A stretch of 64,000 bases of DNA from assembly GCA_965116925.1 (NCBI GenBank), contig OZ220744.1:5024001-5088000 (forward strand), given 5' to 3'. Below, piece after piece: positions 47,529 through 58,354 of this stretch (position 1 is the first letter of the stretch; every line of letters begins with the position of its first letter). The notes below the pieces were generated by a model. It did not search any database. It had not been told where the DNA came from and saw only the letters and a program-made list of their open reading frames with translations. This stretch comes from Candidatus Poribacteria bacterium. Lineage in GTDB: Bacteria > Poribacteria > WGA-4E > PCPOR2b. The position numbers and the translations under genes are program-made.

Positions 47529-48236
47529 TTAATAAAGTCGTTTGATACGCCCCCATTGTACCGCTTTTTGATTTGCATTTAGCTTTATATTCGCTGTGAA
47601 TACCAGATCCGCAAGAGCATCTTCCGGTTCACTTTGTCCGGTTGGGCCCCAACGAAGTTTGTGATTCAAACGATCATCATCTACGTCATAGTAGTAAATC
47701 CCAAAGCTGATGGTATCCTCTTTCTTCGGTGTCTGTATCAAGTCAAAACTCAATTCCACAGATTGCCCTCCATTTCCCCAATTAACCAACAGTCCCTGAT
47801 TGCCCGCCGCCATGATGTCTTCTCCAACGGGAAATGTGTAACGATATAGGTCGCTCTGCTGTCCCGAATGTTCTGTATCTATATAAATCTCTAGGCGATC
47901 TTGCAGGTTGAGCTTTTCGTGGGCGGTTTCAATTTGATCATCGGTCAATTCAATGGCTATGTAGAGGGAGGCGTTGCGCCATACAGCAGCAAAGGTCGCT
48001 TTGAAGTCACTAAAGTCTCCCCAAGGTCGATCTTCTTTAACATCATGGTCTAGGGGCGCAGATATAGCATCGTCCCATGCTGGGTCATCAAGAAAGCCAT
48101 CGACCACAGGAGCAACCTCTACCAGTCTTGCTTTATATCTGAACTCAGCACCCGTCTTCGGATCTATAATACCTGCGGAGGTATAGCTGGCTGCAATCAA
48201 CACGATTATTGTGCAAAAGAATAGCTTTTTTACCAT
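47529..48236 (-). CDS. Secreted CBM9/DOMON-like sugar-binding protein with a C-terminal WGxIK tail
   Basis: Signal peptide; PVVDGFLDDPAW, W....LYIAI..TDD, D.LEIYID; ends KAVQWGRIKRLY. Confidence 0.75.
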   Translation of the reverse strand: MVKKLFFCTIIVLIAASYTSAGIIDPKTGAEFRYKARLVEVAPVVDGFLDDPAWDDAISAPLDHDVKEDRPWGDFSDFKATFAAVWRNASLYIAIELTDDQIETAHEKLNLQDRLEIYIDTEHSGQQSDLYRYTFPVGEDIMAAGNQGLLVNWGNGGQSVELSFDLIQTPKKEDTISFGIYYYDVDDDRLNHKLRWGPTGQSEPEDALADLVFTANIKLNANQKAVQWGRIKRLY

Positions 48237-48294
48237 CTGGCTCGCCTGCCTAAGATAAAAAGTTAAACCTTTAAGTTCAGTGAGGCTAATGGGT

Positions 48295-48323
48295 AGTATA
48301 CTAGCTAGTGTGGCGAGTGTCAA
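48295..48323 (-). promoter_or_regulatory. Near-consensus sigma70 promoter
   Basis: Minus strand TTGACA-17 nt-TATACT upstream of ATG 48236. Confidence 0.75.
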
Positions 48324-48419
48324 GAAAAAATGACTGACTGAGTTAGTGTAGGAGTGTAGTGACAATCTTCTGTAGAATTGCTCTGACAGAAACGATGGTG
48401 TCCCTTCAAAGATCGACCA

Positions 48420-48863
48420 TTATTGGGATTTCCAATCATTCCCCCAAAATCCCCAGTCAAGGAGTTGTCCTCCGGAATAGACAATGTAATCGGGCAGGAG
48501 TTGCATATCGAGATGGCTTCCCCAGCATATTGCATCCGGTGTGACCCTCGCGTGCACCGCGACGTAGCGTTCTGGGTTTAACGGATGAGGGAATACGGCA
48601 AAAACCGCTGTCCCATCTGCTGTGTACGATTTATCGGACAGATGGATTGTGTTGTCCTCAAAGGTAAATTGATTGTGTTTAGCAGCGATCCCAGCGATCT
48701 GCTCGGTCAACTCGACCGCGCCGGGTAGATTCCCCAATGCGCCAGGACTGACCTCCACAATCAAAGGCTTTGGTTCATCACTGGTGTCGATTGCACAAAC
48801 CGCATAAGGGTGTAACTTGTCGTCAACCTTGGATTGAAAATACTGGAGTTGACCAACTGGCAT
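48420..48863 (-). pseudogene. Probable internally deleted alpha/beta-hydrolase or peptidase gene
   Basis: N-terminus YFQSKVDDKLHPYAV..PKPLIV joined to C-terminus FPHPLNPERYV..LPDY..WGFW..DW with no catalytic core between them. Confidence 0.45.
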
Positions 48864-48884
48864 TGTATGTTCCTTTCCCAAAGC

Positions 48885-48924
48885 AAAAAAGGGGAAACAA
48901 CAGATTTTTCCGCTGTTTCCCCTT
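48885..48924 (-). terminator. Intrinsic terminator of the atp operon
   Basis: AAGGGGAAACA-loop-TGTTTCCCCTT followed by a T run, just after the atpC stop. Confidence 0.75.
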
Positions 48925-48953
48925 GCATAAATCGAACATTGAGTTAATACAAA

Positions 48954-49361
48954 CTACTGCTGTCCCGCCACCTTTAATCGATTCACAGCGCGAGCCAATG
49001 CCGCTTCCGCTCGCCCGCGGTTAATGTTTGAATCACGTGAAGCGAGGAGTTCCTGTGCACGTTGGCGCGCCGCTTCTGCACGTTCGACATCAATTTCATA
49101 CGCCCACTCGGCGGTATCTGCTAACACGGTGACGCCGGTGCGTAATACCTCAAAGACACCTCCGCTGGTAGCGATGGATTGGGGCGTGTCAGCTTCGCGG
49201 ATGCGAATTTCGCCAATATCCAGCACAGTCAGAAACGGGAGGTGCCCGGCAAGGATCTCAAACGATCCCAGTTCACCGGGGGCTCTCACACCGGCAACAT
49301 CGCCCTCATAAATCAGCTGTTCGGGTGTTCGGATTTCGAGATGTAATCTTTTTTCAAGCAT
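48954..49361 (-). CDS. atpC: F1 ATP synthase epsilon subunit
   Basis: LEIRTPE, G.FEILAGHLP, SGG..EV, IDVERAEAARQRA. Confidence 0.95.
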   Translation of the reverse strand: MLEKRLHLEIRTPEQLIYEGDVAGVRAPGELGSFEILAGHLPFLTVLDIGEIRIREADTPQSIATSGGVFEVLRTGVTVLADTAEWAYEIDVERAEAARQRAQELLASRDSNINRGRAEAALARAVNRLKVAGQQ

Positions 49362-49363
49362 AG

Positions 49364-50800
<1,437 letters not shown>

Positions 50801-50830
50801 TTATTGAAAAATTCCTTTCTCGACAAAATA

Positions 50831-52630
50831 CTAAGCCGCGCGAGTTTGAGTTTTCGACATAGCATCCGCAAGCCGAAATTGCGCCGCGGCACGTCCGCCC
50901 TCGGGTAACCCTAGCGGCAAGCGAATATTCAAAAGAAATGGGCGTTTTTGCTTTTCAACCACGTTCAACCCATGTTCAATTGCCGCAGCAAGACGAGACT
51001 CCTCTTGGACGTGCATCCCCTCTATACCGACCCCCTCTGCGAGTTTCACGGGGTCAATTCCGTCTAGAACGACTCCAGCATATTCCCCGGTCTCCTTCAT
51101 CATCCCATTCACGCTTCCGAAGGAGGAAGCAACCGCGCCATAGGATTGATTGTTGGGAATAATGTAGAGGACCGGTACGCTATGATGTGCTGCGGTCCAC
51201 AAACCTGACTCTGCGTACAACAGCGAACCGTCACCGACCAACCCAACAACCGGTTTTTCAGGGGCTGCGAGTTTCAAGCCGACCGCTCCACCAACCCCGT
51301 AGCCCTCAGACCCACCGGCAGCCCGGATATATCTGTTCCTGCCAGTGTCTGTTCTGTCTACGGTGTCTGATGAAAACGTATATCCGCCGACGGTGTCCCA
51401 AGGGACCGCATATTGTTCGAGCATCACCAACCCACCGCCACGACGCTCTAGGGCAGTGTCCAGCGTCTCTGCAACTATCCATGATCGGATCTGATTTGGT
51501 CGAGTTTCAGTCCGCCACACCTCGTTTATTCGCTGTACATGAAGCGCGGCGGCTTGTTCAATTACCGAAGCACGTCGATCGTCAAAGTGATTCGGGGTTG
51601 AATGACTCGACGCCAATTCAAGAAGCCGCTCAAAGGTCCGGCACTCATCCGCCAGAATCGCGATAGACAGATACGGAATATTTTTGATATGCTCGATATC
51701 GGATCCAATGGCGATAACCTGCCGCGCTTTAGAAAATACATCGAAATCTCCCGGCCTGCCGCCGCCCCTATGATGTATCCCGATACAAACGATCAGGTCG
51801 GGCTGAAGGACATCTACCACCTGATCCAACCGTCCACAATTGAGTGGATGTTTCGTTGCGATACTTCTTTCCCAAGTCCCGACGGGGACGTAGCTGCTAA
51901 CACAGGGAACGCCAAAGTGTTCAGCGACCGCGATAATTTGAGCTTCTGCACCGCTCTTCCAGACACCATCCCCAATATAAAACAGCGGGGACTTCGCGTC
52001 ATGCAAGGCAGATTCAATCTTCTCGACATCGTTATCTGATGGATAACCCGCGTGAAGGTCTGGGATACTACCCTCAATAATGTTTGTGGTTATCTGCTCA
52101 GGTCCAAGTGCCCGATCATACACAGCGAGATGGACAGGACCCACCGGCGGCGTTTTGGCGACCAGTAACGCACGGTGAATGGCCTGCGGCAGCCCTTCAG
52201 GTTCGATCACAGTCCAGCTTTGCTTTGTGAAAGGCGCGGCGATGCTGGTCGGTGCGAAGTTGTGACTGAGATCGAGTTCAATCCGATCCGCGAAACTACC
52301 GGTGTCACCTGCAAAGCTGATGACCACGACAGGTAAACCGCCGGACCAAATGTTGATTAGCTGCCCTAAACATTGAGCAAGTCCCGCGGCAAGATGGACC
52401 ACCATGACTGCCGGGTCGAGATTTGCCTGCGTATAACCGCCAGCTTGCGCTGCGACAGTGCCCTCATGGAGTGCCAAAATGCCGTGTATATCTGGGTGAA
52501 CATGCAGTGCGTCAAAAAAACGGGCCTCACGTGACCCGGAGTTATAAAACAGATACTCTACATTCAATACCGCTAGTTGTTCGACCATAATCTGAGACGG
52601 ATTGGCTGTAATAGATCGCATCTGCATCAA
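50831..52630 (-). CDS. Thiamine pyrophosphate-dependent enzyme (benzoylformate decarboxylase/acetolactate synthase-like)
   Basis: LHE, P.GPVHL, GDGS...NN TPP-binding motif. Confidence 0.88.
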   Translation of the reverse strand: MMQMRSITANPSQIMVEQLAVLNVEYLFYNSGSREARFFDALHVHPDIHGILALHEGTVAAQAGGYTQANLDPAVMVVHLAAGLAQCLGQLINIWSGGLPVVVISFAGDTGSFADRIELDLSHNFAPTSIAAPFTKQSWTVIEPEGLPQAIHRALLVAKTPPVGPVHLAVYDRALGPEQITTNIIEGSIPDLHAGYPSDNDVEKIESALHDAKSPLFYIGDGVWKSGAEAQIIAVAEHFGVPCVSSYVPVGTWERSIATKHPLNCGRLDQVVDVLQPDLIVCIGIHHRGGGRPGDFDVFSKARQVIAIGSDIEHIKNIPYLSIAILADECRTFERLLELASSHSTPNHFDDRRASVIEQAAALHVQRINEVWRTETRPNQIRSWIVAETLDTALERRGGGLVMLEQYAVPWDTVGGYTFSSDTVDRTDTGRNRYIRAAGGSEGYGVGGAVGLKLAAPEKPVVGLVGDGSLLYAESGLWTAAHHSVPVLYIIPNNQSYGAVASSFGSVNGMMKETGEYAGVVLDGIDPVKLAEGVGIEGMHVQEESRLAAAIEHGLNVVEKQKRPFLLNIRLPLGLPEGGRAAAQFRLADAMSKTQTRAA

Positions 52631-52705
52631 GTGTTATTTCACTTTCTTTGTTCAGTGATAAAAACTCGGTTTCTGTTCCTTGCTTTACTGTGCTAATCTC
52701 AGCAA

Positions 52706-53548
52706 TTATTCGCTGACGTAATCCGGACGTTGCTCAAACAGAAGTTGAGCAACGCGAGTTGCTCGGTTCGGAAGTTCAACATTAACAGCGTGTACCGCTT
52801 CCTGTTCTAGATACGTATTGGCTTCTTCGAGGCTTTCAAACTCAAACTCAACGAACCGGTGTGGTGTTGCGCCGTGAAGGTTGTCGTAAGATGCTATCCG
52901 TTTTACCTCTTCAGGTGCTTGCAGTGACGGTGCAACGGAGGCAATATACTCCAGATACGCGTCCTTTCCGCCAAGCGGGTAGTCAACTAAGTAGACTAGT
53001 TTAACCGTCCGGCTGGGATTTTCGTTTTTTGAATAATCAGCAGACCGTTGAACAAATACGTGCGTACTTACCTCACTACTGTGATCTGGAAGTGCTTCAA
53101 AAACCGCAGCGACATCGGGACGACTCAGATATGTCGCCGCATCCACATAATTATCAAATTCAAACTCAACGAGTCGATGCGGATTCTCGCCGCGGGCGTT
53201 ATCGTAAGATGCGACCCGATTGACCTCTTCGGGGGCGAGTAGTGTCGGGGCAACAGCCGCAATCCATGCAAGATAGGCGGCTTTCCTACCGACCGGATAG
53301 TTGACTAACCACACCAACTTCACTGGATTCGATTCCATATCAGCTATCTCGGTGTCCGTAGATGACATCATGTCCATCATATCAGCTATCTCAGTATCTG
53401 TAGATGAAATCATGTCCATTGCATCAGTCAGCCCGGTATCCGTGGAGGGCATCATGTCCATCATTATATCTCTACCAAAATCACAACCGATTAAAGCAAC
53501 TAGCCCTATCAGAGTAACTATAATCATACTTCCTAATTTAAACTGCAT
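52706..53548 (-). CDS. Lipoprotein with Met-rich 14-aa repeats and two duplicated DUF1330/EthD-like domains
   Basis: Lipobox LIGC; MMDMMSSTDTEIAD-like unit x3; duplicated VKLV.LV.YP.G.K.AYL...SYDN..G..PHR.VEFEF. Confidence 0.65.
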   Translation of the reverse strand: MQFKLGSMIIVTLIGLVALIGCDFGRDIMMDMMPSTDTGLTDAMDMISSTDTEIADMMDMMSSTDTEIADMESNPVKLVWLVNYPVGRKAAYLAWIAAVAPTLLAPEEVNRVASYDNARGENPHRLVEFEFDNYVDAATYLSRPDVAAVFEALPDHSSEVSTHVFVQRSADYSKNENPSRTVKLVYLVDYPLGGKDAYLEYIASVAPSLQAPEEVKRIASYDNLHGATPHRFVEFEFESLEEANTYLEQEAVHAVNVELPNRATRVAQLLFEQRPDYVSE

Positions 53549-53629
53549 CAGTTAGTCTCCTTTCGTATAAGGCAGATTAACAGTTAGTCATAAGCCTTTG
53601 GCTCACGTTACGGTTCCAGCGTCGTAAAA

Positions 53630-54103
53630 TTAGAGACCGGGACATTCCTTGTGAAAATGCGTGGTCGCTGCATCAAGATTGTGCAGTGGATATTGTTTAT
53701 CGCGTAATGGCATCATGAGGTTCCACTGCTGAATTTTCCGATTGAGTTGTTGTAACTGAACGGTATATGCTTCCAATGCCCGTGCGCGCTCTAGTTCAAA
53801 AACTGATCGAATCGCATCACGTTTTAGCGGTTGCGCCCCGAGTTGCGATTCCAAACGCCTCCGCCGTCCTTTGATATTCTCGATTAATTTTTCCGCCTTC
53901 TCGGTTTCGGCGCGAATTTCCTTGTCTACTTCAATCCAGCGAGGCGCGAAGCCGTTGTCCTTGAGCATCTGATTGACCGTGCGAACTGCTGGCGGAACGT
54001 AAGGATTGTCATCGCGTTGTTGAGGCTTCCCCTTACCGGGCAAGTCATTGAAATCGCCCCGCTCCATCGCCTCTTGGATCTGTTTGGTAACGTTGTAGGG
54101 CAT
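53630..54103 (-). CDS. DUF1992 domain protein
   Basis: QIQEAMERGDFNDLPGKGKP, MLKDNGFAPRWIE. Confidence 0.85.
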   Translation of the reverse strand: MPYNVTKQIQEAMERGDFNDLPGKGKPQQRDDNPYVPPAVRTVNQMLKDNGFAPRWIEVDKEIRAETEKAEKLIENIKGRRRRLESQLGAQPLKRDAIRSVFELERARALEAYTVQLQQLNRKIQQWNLMMPLRDKQYPLHNLDAATTHFHKECPGL

Positions 54104-54140
54104 GTTTTCACCTCATGATCACGTCCACCGCGAACGGTGT

Positions 54141-54539
54141 CTACTCATCAAAATGATAAACTATTTGGTCAAAGCGGTCGCACGCAAAAGAGAACACAAA
54201 GATCAGCGGCTCGGTGCCGGTACATCGAACAGCATGTTTGGCGTTGGACGGAATGTAGATTGCTGAACCCGGACCAATTTCCGATTTGTGATCGTCAATT
54301 ACCATGTGACCGTTGCCGCTGACGACGTAATATGTCTCCGCTGGCTCGTGGTGGTGAAGAGGGAGCCGGGTGTCAGGCGGAAACTCCGCTACACCCATAA
54401 CGAGCCCACTGCTCGGACCCCTCTCTCCGGTAACCAGAAGCTTCCATCGGATCGCACTCTTGGCGGCAAGGTCTGCGTCCTCCCAACCTTCCCAAGCGAG
54501 CTCTGCTTGATTGATGATGATGGGTTTCTGCACGCTCAT
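54141..54539 (-). CDS. Cupin protein, DddK/DddW-like (candidate DMSP lyase)
   Basis: IRWKLL, SSGLVMGVAE, LHHHEPAETY, YIPSNAKH, F..DRF..IVY. Confidence 0.7.
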   Translation of the reverse strand: MSVQKPIIINQAELAWEGWEDADLAAKSAIRWKLLVTGERGPSSGLVMGVAEFPPDTRLPLHHHEPAETYYVVSGNGHMVIDDHKSEIGPGSAIYIPSNAKHAVRCTGTEPLIFVFSFACDRFDQIVYHFDE

Positions 54540-54583
54540 GGCTCACTTCCTGTTCATGCCTTGAGAACACTTCTTACTTTACC

Positions 54584-55450
54584 TTAACCCTCCAAAGCTG
54601 CTGCACCACTCACAATCTCAGAAATCTCTGTGGTAATCTGAGTCTGGCGGGCACGGTTACGCTGAAGAATTAAATCATCAATAAGGTCATTGGCGTTGCG
54701 CGTCGCATTTTCCATCGCCGCCATCCGCGCCGCTTGCTCTGCAGCGTTGGAATCCAACAAGACCTTCCACATCTGCATATTCAGGTGTTTTGCCAATACA
54801 GACTGAAAAATTGCCTCTTGTTCCGGCTCATATAGGTAATCGAGGAAGAGTTCATCGCCGGTTGGTACTTCAGGGGTGAGCGGCAGCAATTGCTCGACCA
54901 AAACGACTTGTAGAATCGCGGATCTGAAATCGTTATAAATCACTTCTACCCTGTCGACCTGCTTGTCCCTGTATAGATGTTCAAACTCCTCCACAATATC
55001 AACGGCGGTGTCAAATGTCAATTGCCGAAAAATGTTCACATATTCAGCAATAACGTTATAATCGCGCCGTGCGAAATGGTCTCGGGTGCGTCTGCCGACG
55101 CAGAGGACCATCACTTCTGCTCCCTGTTCTTGGTAATGTTGTGCCCGCTGTGTGGTTGTTCGGATCACGTTGCTGTTAAAACTGCCACATAGCCCACGAT
55201 CTGCGGAGACTGAGATCAGGCAAACGCGCTTGAGTTCACGCGATTCCAGTAGCGGATGGGAGGGGTTTTCAATCTGAGCAATCAGATGTCCGAGGATTGT
55301 ATTGAATTTTTCCGCGAAAGGGCGGGTGGCTAGGATATTTTCCTGTGCCCGGCGTAACCTCGCCGCAGCAACCACTCGCATCGCGTCTGTCACCTGCGCG
55401 ATATTCTCAATACTTGTGATACGTCGTCTAATTTCACGTAGTGTCGCCAT
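54584..55450 (-). CDS. atpG: F1 ATP synthase gamma subunit
   Basis: LREIRRRI, ADRGLCGSFNSN, ARMAAMENAT.NA, RQTQITTEISEIVSGA. Confidence 0.97.
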   Translation of the reverse strand: MATLREIRRRITSIENIAQVTDAMRVVAAARLRRAQENILATRPFAEKFNTILGHLIAQIENPSHPLLESRELKRVCLISVSADRGLCGSFNSNVIRTTTQRAQHYQEQGAEVMVLCVGRRTRDHFARRDYNVIAEYVNIFRQLTFDTAVDIVEEFEHLYRDKQVDRVEVIYNDFRSAILQVVLVEQLLPLTPEVPTGDELFLDYLYEPEQEAIFQSVLAKHLNMQMWKVLLDSNAAEQAARMAAMENATRNANDLIDDLILQRNRARQTQITTEISEIVSGAAALEG

Positions 55451-55481
55451 GATAAGCCTCTAATGAGTTACATATTACGTA

Positions 55482-57008
55482 TTATTCTTCAGGTTTGAAC
55501 CCTTCCTTGAAGCTCTGCACGGCGGTGTGAAGCTGTTCAATCAGTTCATCACTGAGTTCCCCCGTATCAACAATCGCCTTGAGAATGTCCGCGTGGTTTC
55601 GTTCCATATATGCCAAGAATTCAGATTCAAACGGTGCCACGTCAGTCGTTTCAAGATCATCCAGATATCCGTTAGATCCGCAGAAAATTGATGCAACCTG
55701 TTTCTCAACGGACATCGGTTCGTATTGGGGCTGTTTCAGCAATTCAACGAGTTGTTCTCCACGCCGAAGTTGGGCTTGCGTAGAAGCGTCCAGATCAGAT
55801 CCAAACTGTGCAAAAGCAGCAACCTCTCGGAAACTAGCTAGGTCAAGCTTCAGGGTGCCTGCGACTTCATCCGACTTCATCGCTCGCGTTTGTGCATCAC
55901 CACCAACGCGGGACACTGATGTGCCGACATCAATTGCCGGGCGAACACCTTGATTGAAGAGTTCCGATGTCAGATAAATCTGTCCATCGGTAATTGAAAT
56001 CACGTTCGTTGGTATGTAAGTCGTGAGGTCACCTTCAAAGATTTCGATAATAGGCAAAGAGGTCAACGAACCGCCGCCCAATTCATCACTGAGTTTGGCG
56101 GCGCGCTCTAACAAACGGGAGTGGAGATAAAAGACATCGCCCGGATACGCTTCACGCCCCGGTGGACGCCGTGAAAGCAGCGACATCTGACGATACGCCC
56201 ACGCATGTTTGGTAAGATCGTCGTAAATCACTAACGCGTGTTGTCCTCTATCGCGGAAGTATTCTCCCATCGAAGTCCCTGTGTAGGGGGCGAGGTATTG
56301 GAGCGGGGAGGGTTCACTTGCCGGCGCAGAAACGACAACCGTGTAATCCATTGCGCCATGCTGTTCTAGGGTATCCACAACCTGTGCAACCGTCGAGCCT
56401 TTCTGCCCAACCGCTACATAGATACAGAATACATCGGTGTTTTTCTGGTTAATAATGGTGTCAATCGGGATAGCCGTTTTACCCGTTTGACGATCGCCGA
56501 TGATTAATTCCCGCTGCCCCCGTCCAATTGGCGTCATGCTGTCAATCGCCTTCAAGCCGGTGTAGAGCGGTTCGTTCACCGGCTGGCGTTGCACAATGCC
56601 CAAACCCTTCCTCTCAACAGGGAGGGTGTGTTCGGTCTGGATTTCACCTTTACCGTCGATAGGTTGTCCAAGAGCGTTTACAACGCGCCCAAGCAGTGCT
56701 TCACCGACAGGCACTTCAAGCAATCTGTTCGTCCGTTTGGCGAGGTCTCCTTCGTGGATTAGTTTGTCCTCGCCGAAGAGGACGCAGCCAACGTTATCCT
56801 CTTCAAGGTTAAATGCCATACCGGCAACGCCGTTGGGAAATTCAATCATTTCGCTTGCCATGACGTTGGCAAGTCCGTGGACACGGGCAATACCGTCGCC
56901 AACTTCGAGCACGGTTCCTGAGTCGTATACGTCAACCTGCTGGCTATATTGTAGTAGTTGTTGTTTTAGAATGTTTGATACTTCGTCGGGTCTGACTTCT
57001 CTTGCCAT
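55482..57008 (-). CDS. atpA: F1 ATP synthase alpha subunit
   Basis: [37 protein letters not shown]. Confidence 0.98.
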   Translation of the reverse strand: MAREVRPDEVSNILKQQLLQYSQQVDVYDSGTVLEVGDGIARVHGLANVMASEMIEFPNGVAGMAFNLEEDNVGCVLFGEDKLIHEGDLAKRTNRLLEVPVGEALLGRVVNALGQPIDGKGEIQTEHTLPVERKGLGIVQRQPVNEPLYTGLKAIDSMTPIGRGQRELIIGDRQTGKTAIPIDTIINQKNTDVFCIYVAVGQKGSTVAQVVDTLEQHGAMDYTVVVSAPASEPSPLQYLAPYTGTSMGEYFRDRGQHALVIYDDLTKHAWAYRQMSLLSRRPPGREAYPGDVFYLHSRLLERAAKLSDELGGGSLTSLPIIEIFEGDLTTYIPTNVISITDGQIYLTSELFNQGVRPAIDVGTSVSRVGGDAQTRAMKSDEVAGTLKLDLASFREVAAFAQFGSDLDASTQAQLRRGEQLVELLKQPQYEPMSVEKQVASIFCGSNGYLDDLETTDVAPFESEFLAYMERNHADILKAIVDTGELSDELIEQLHTAVQSFKEGFKPEE

Positions 57009-57071
57009 GAATTATATTCTCCCTTTGGGGTGAGCACATGTAAATCGCGTAGCAATTTACCTAGCGAACCC

Positions 57072-57611
57072 CTATCCCCTCGCGAGTAATGTTCTCATTC
57101 GTTGAAGCTGTGATGTGATACTTCCATCAAACACAGTATCCCCTAATCGCACGATGACACCCCCTTGAATCGCGGTATCTTCGCTCAATTCAAGCCGCAC
57201 CTCTGCACCCGAATAATCGCTCAATTGCTGAGAGAGGGTGGTTTTTTGTGCATCAGTGAGTGGGACTGCCGATGTTACCTGGGCAACAACACGACCCGCT
57301 TGCAGATCAACGATCTCCAGAAACATCTGCAAGATTGCAACTAAGGACCTCTCACGTTGTTTCAATGCTAGCAAGAGCAGGAAGTTGAGCATGAGCGGAT
57401 GAACAGTTTCGGATAGAAGTTGTTGAAACATCTCACTCTTGAACTGCGGCGATAGAATGGGATTAGTCAGAAACTGATCAAAATCTTCCGAGTCCTGTGT
57501 CAGTCGGAGGATTTGATTCACATCTGTAACGATCTGATCTAAAATATCCTGTTCCGTCGCTGCGCTATACAACGCTTGTGCGTAGGGTTTAGCAATGCGA
57601 GTTTCTCTCAT
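57072..57611 (-). CDS. atpH: F1 ATP synthase delta subunit
   Basis: IAKPYAQAL, VTSAVPL, GGVIVRLGD.VFDGS. Confidence 0.95.
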   Translation of the reverse strand: MRETRIAKPYAQALYSAATEQDILDQIVTDVNQILRLTQDSEDFDQFLTNPILSPQFKSEMFQQLLSETVHPLMLNFLLLLALKQRERSLVAILQMFLEIVDLQAGRVVAQVTSAVPLTDAQKTTLSQQLSDYSGAEVRLELSEDTAIQGGVIVRLGDTVFDGSITSQLQRMRTLLARG

Positions 57612-57626
57612 CGTATATTCTTTATA

Positions 57627-58238
57627 TTAGACATTCTGTGTGGGAAGGCGACTGATAGATTCATCAATGATATGCTGATGTTTCTCTGCATCAAGCGTCT
57701 GATTGATGATTTTGCTTGCAGCATCAATTGCGATCTCTGCAACGGTTCCTCGTAGTTCGAGGATAGCTTCGTCCTTTTCGCGCTGGATCTCAGCACGGGC
57801 CCGTTCAAGTTCCGCCCCCGCTTCCTGGCGCGCTTGATCCAGAATTCGCTGGCGTTCGGCGTTGCCCTCATCAATAGCGGCTTGAATCTTTGTCTGTCCT
57901 TCTGTTTCAATTTCGTTGAGGCGTTGACGCGTTTCGGCATTCAACCGATCCAACTCGCTCTGGTCCGCCTCCAGTTTCTCCATTCGCGATGTGATTTCCT
58001 GCTGCCGTTCTTCTAATAAACCGCCAATGCGCCCAAAGACGAATTTCCAAAGCACGAGTAACACAACAAGAAAGCCTAGGGCTTGAAGAATAATTGTCTG
58101 AAAATCGATGCCAATCTGTGCCAGAATCCCCTTTTTCTCGGCGTCATCGGCACTCGCCTCTGCAGCGAATCCACATGTCGGAACAATTAATATCGCGTTG
58201 ATAATAATCAGTAAAAAAAGCCACGTTAATTTTCTCAT
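57627..58238 (-). CDS. atpF: Fo ATP synthase subunit b, with a signal-peptide-like N-terminal extension
   Basis: Q..GFLVVLLVLWKF.F..I..LLEERQ..I followed by a coiled coil. Confidence 0.92.
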   Translation of the reverse strand: MRKLTWLFLLIIINAILIVPTCGFAAEASADDAEKKGILAQIGIDFQTIILQALGFLVVLLVLWKFVFGRIGGLLEERQQEITSRMEKLEADQSELDRLNAETRQRLNEIETEGQTKIQAAIDEGNAERQRILDQARQEAGAELERARAEIQREKDEAILELRGTVAEIAIDAASKIINQTLDAEKHQHIIDESISRLPTQNV

Positions 58239-58296
58239 TATATTTTTCTTTAAGTTAGGGTAGCGTCTATAGCCTAAGAAAAGTAAGGCATGTGTA

Positions 58297-58349
58297 ACGC
58301 AAAACGTAAAACGTCAATAAAATCACGTTTCACGTTTTACGTTTCACGT
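58297..58349. repeat. Inverted heptamer arrays between atpE and atpF
   Basis: acgcaaa acgtaaa acgtcaa ... atcacgt ttcacgt tttacgt ttcacgt. Confidence 0.7.
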
Positions 58350-58354
58350 CTTAT

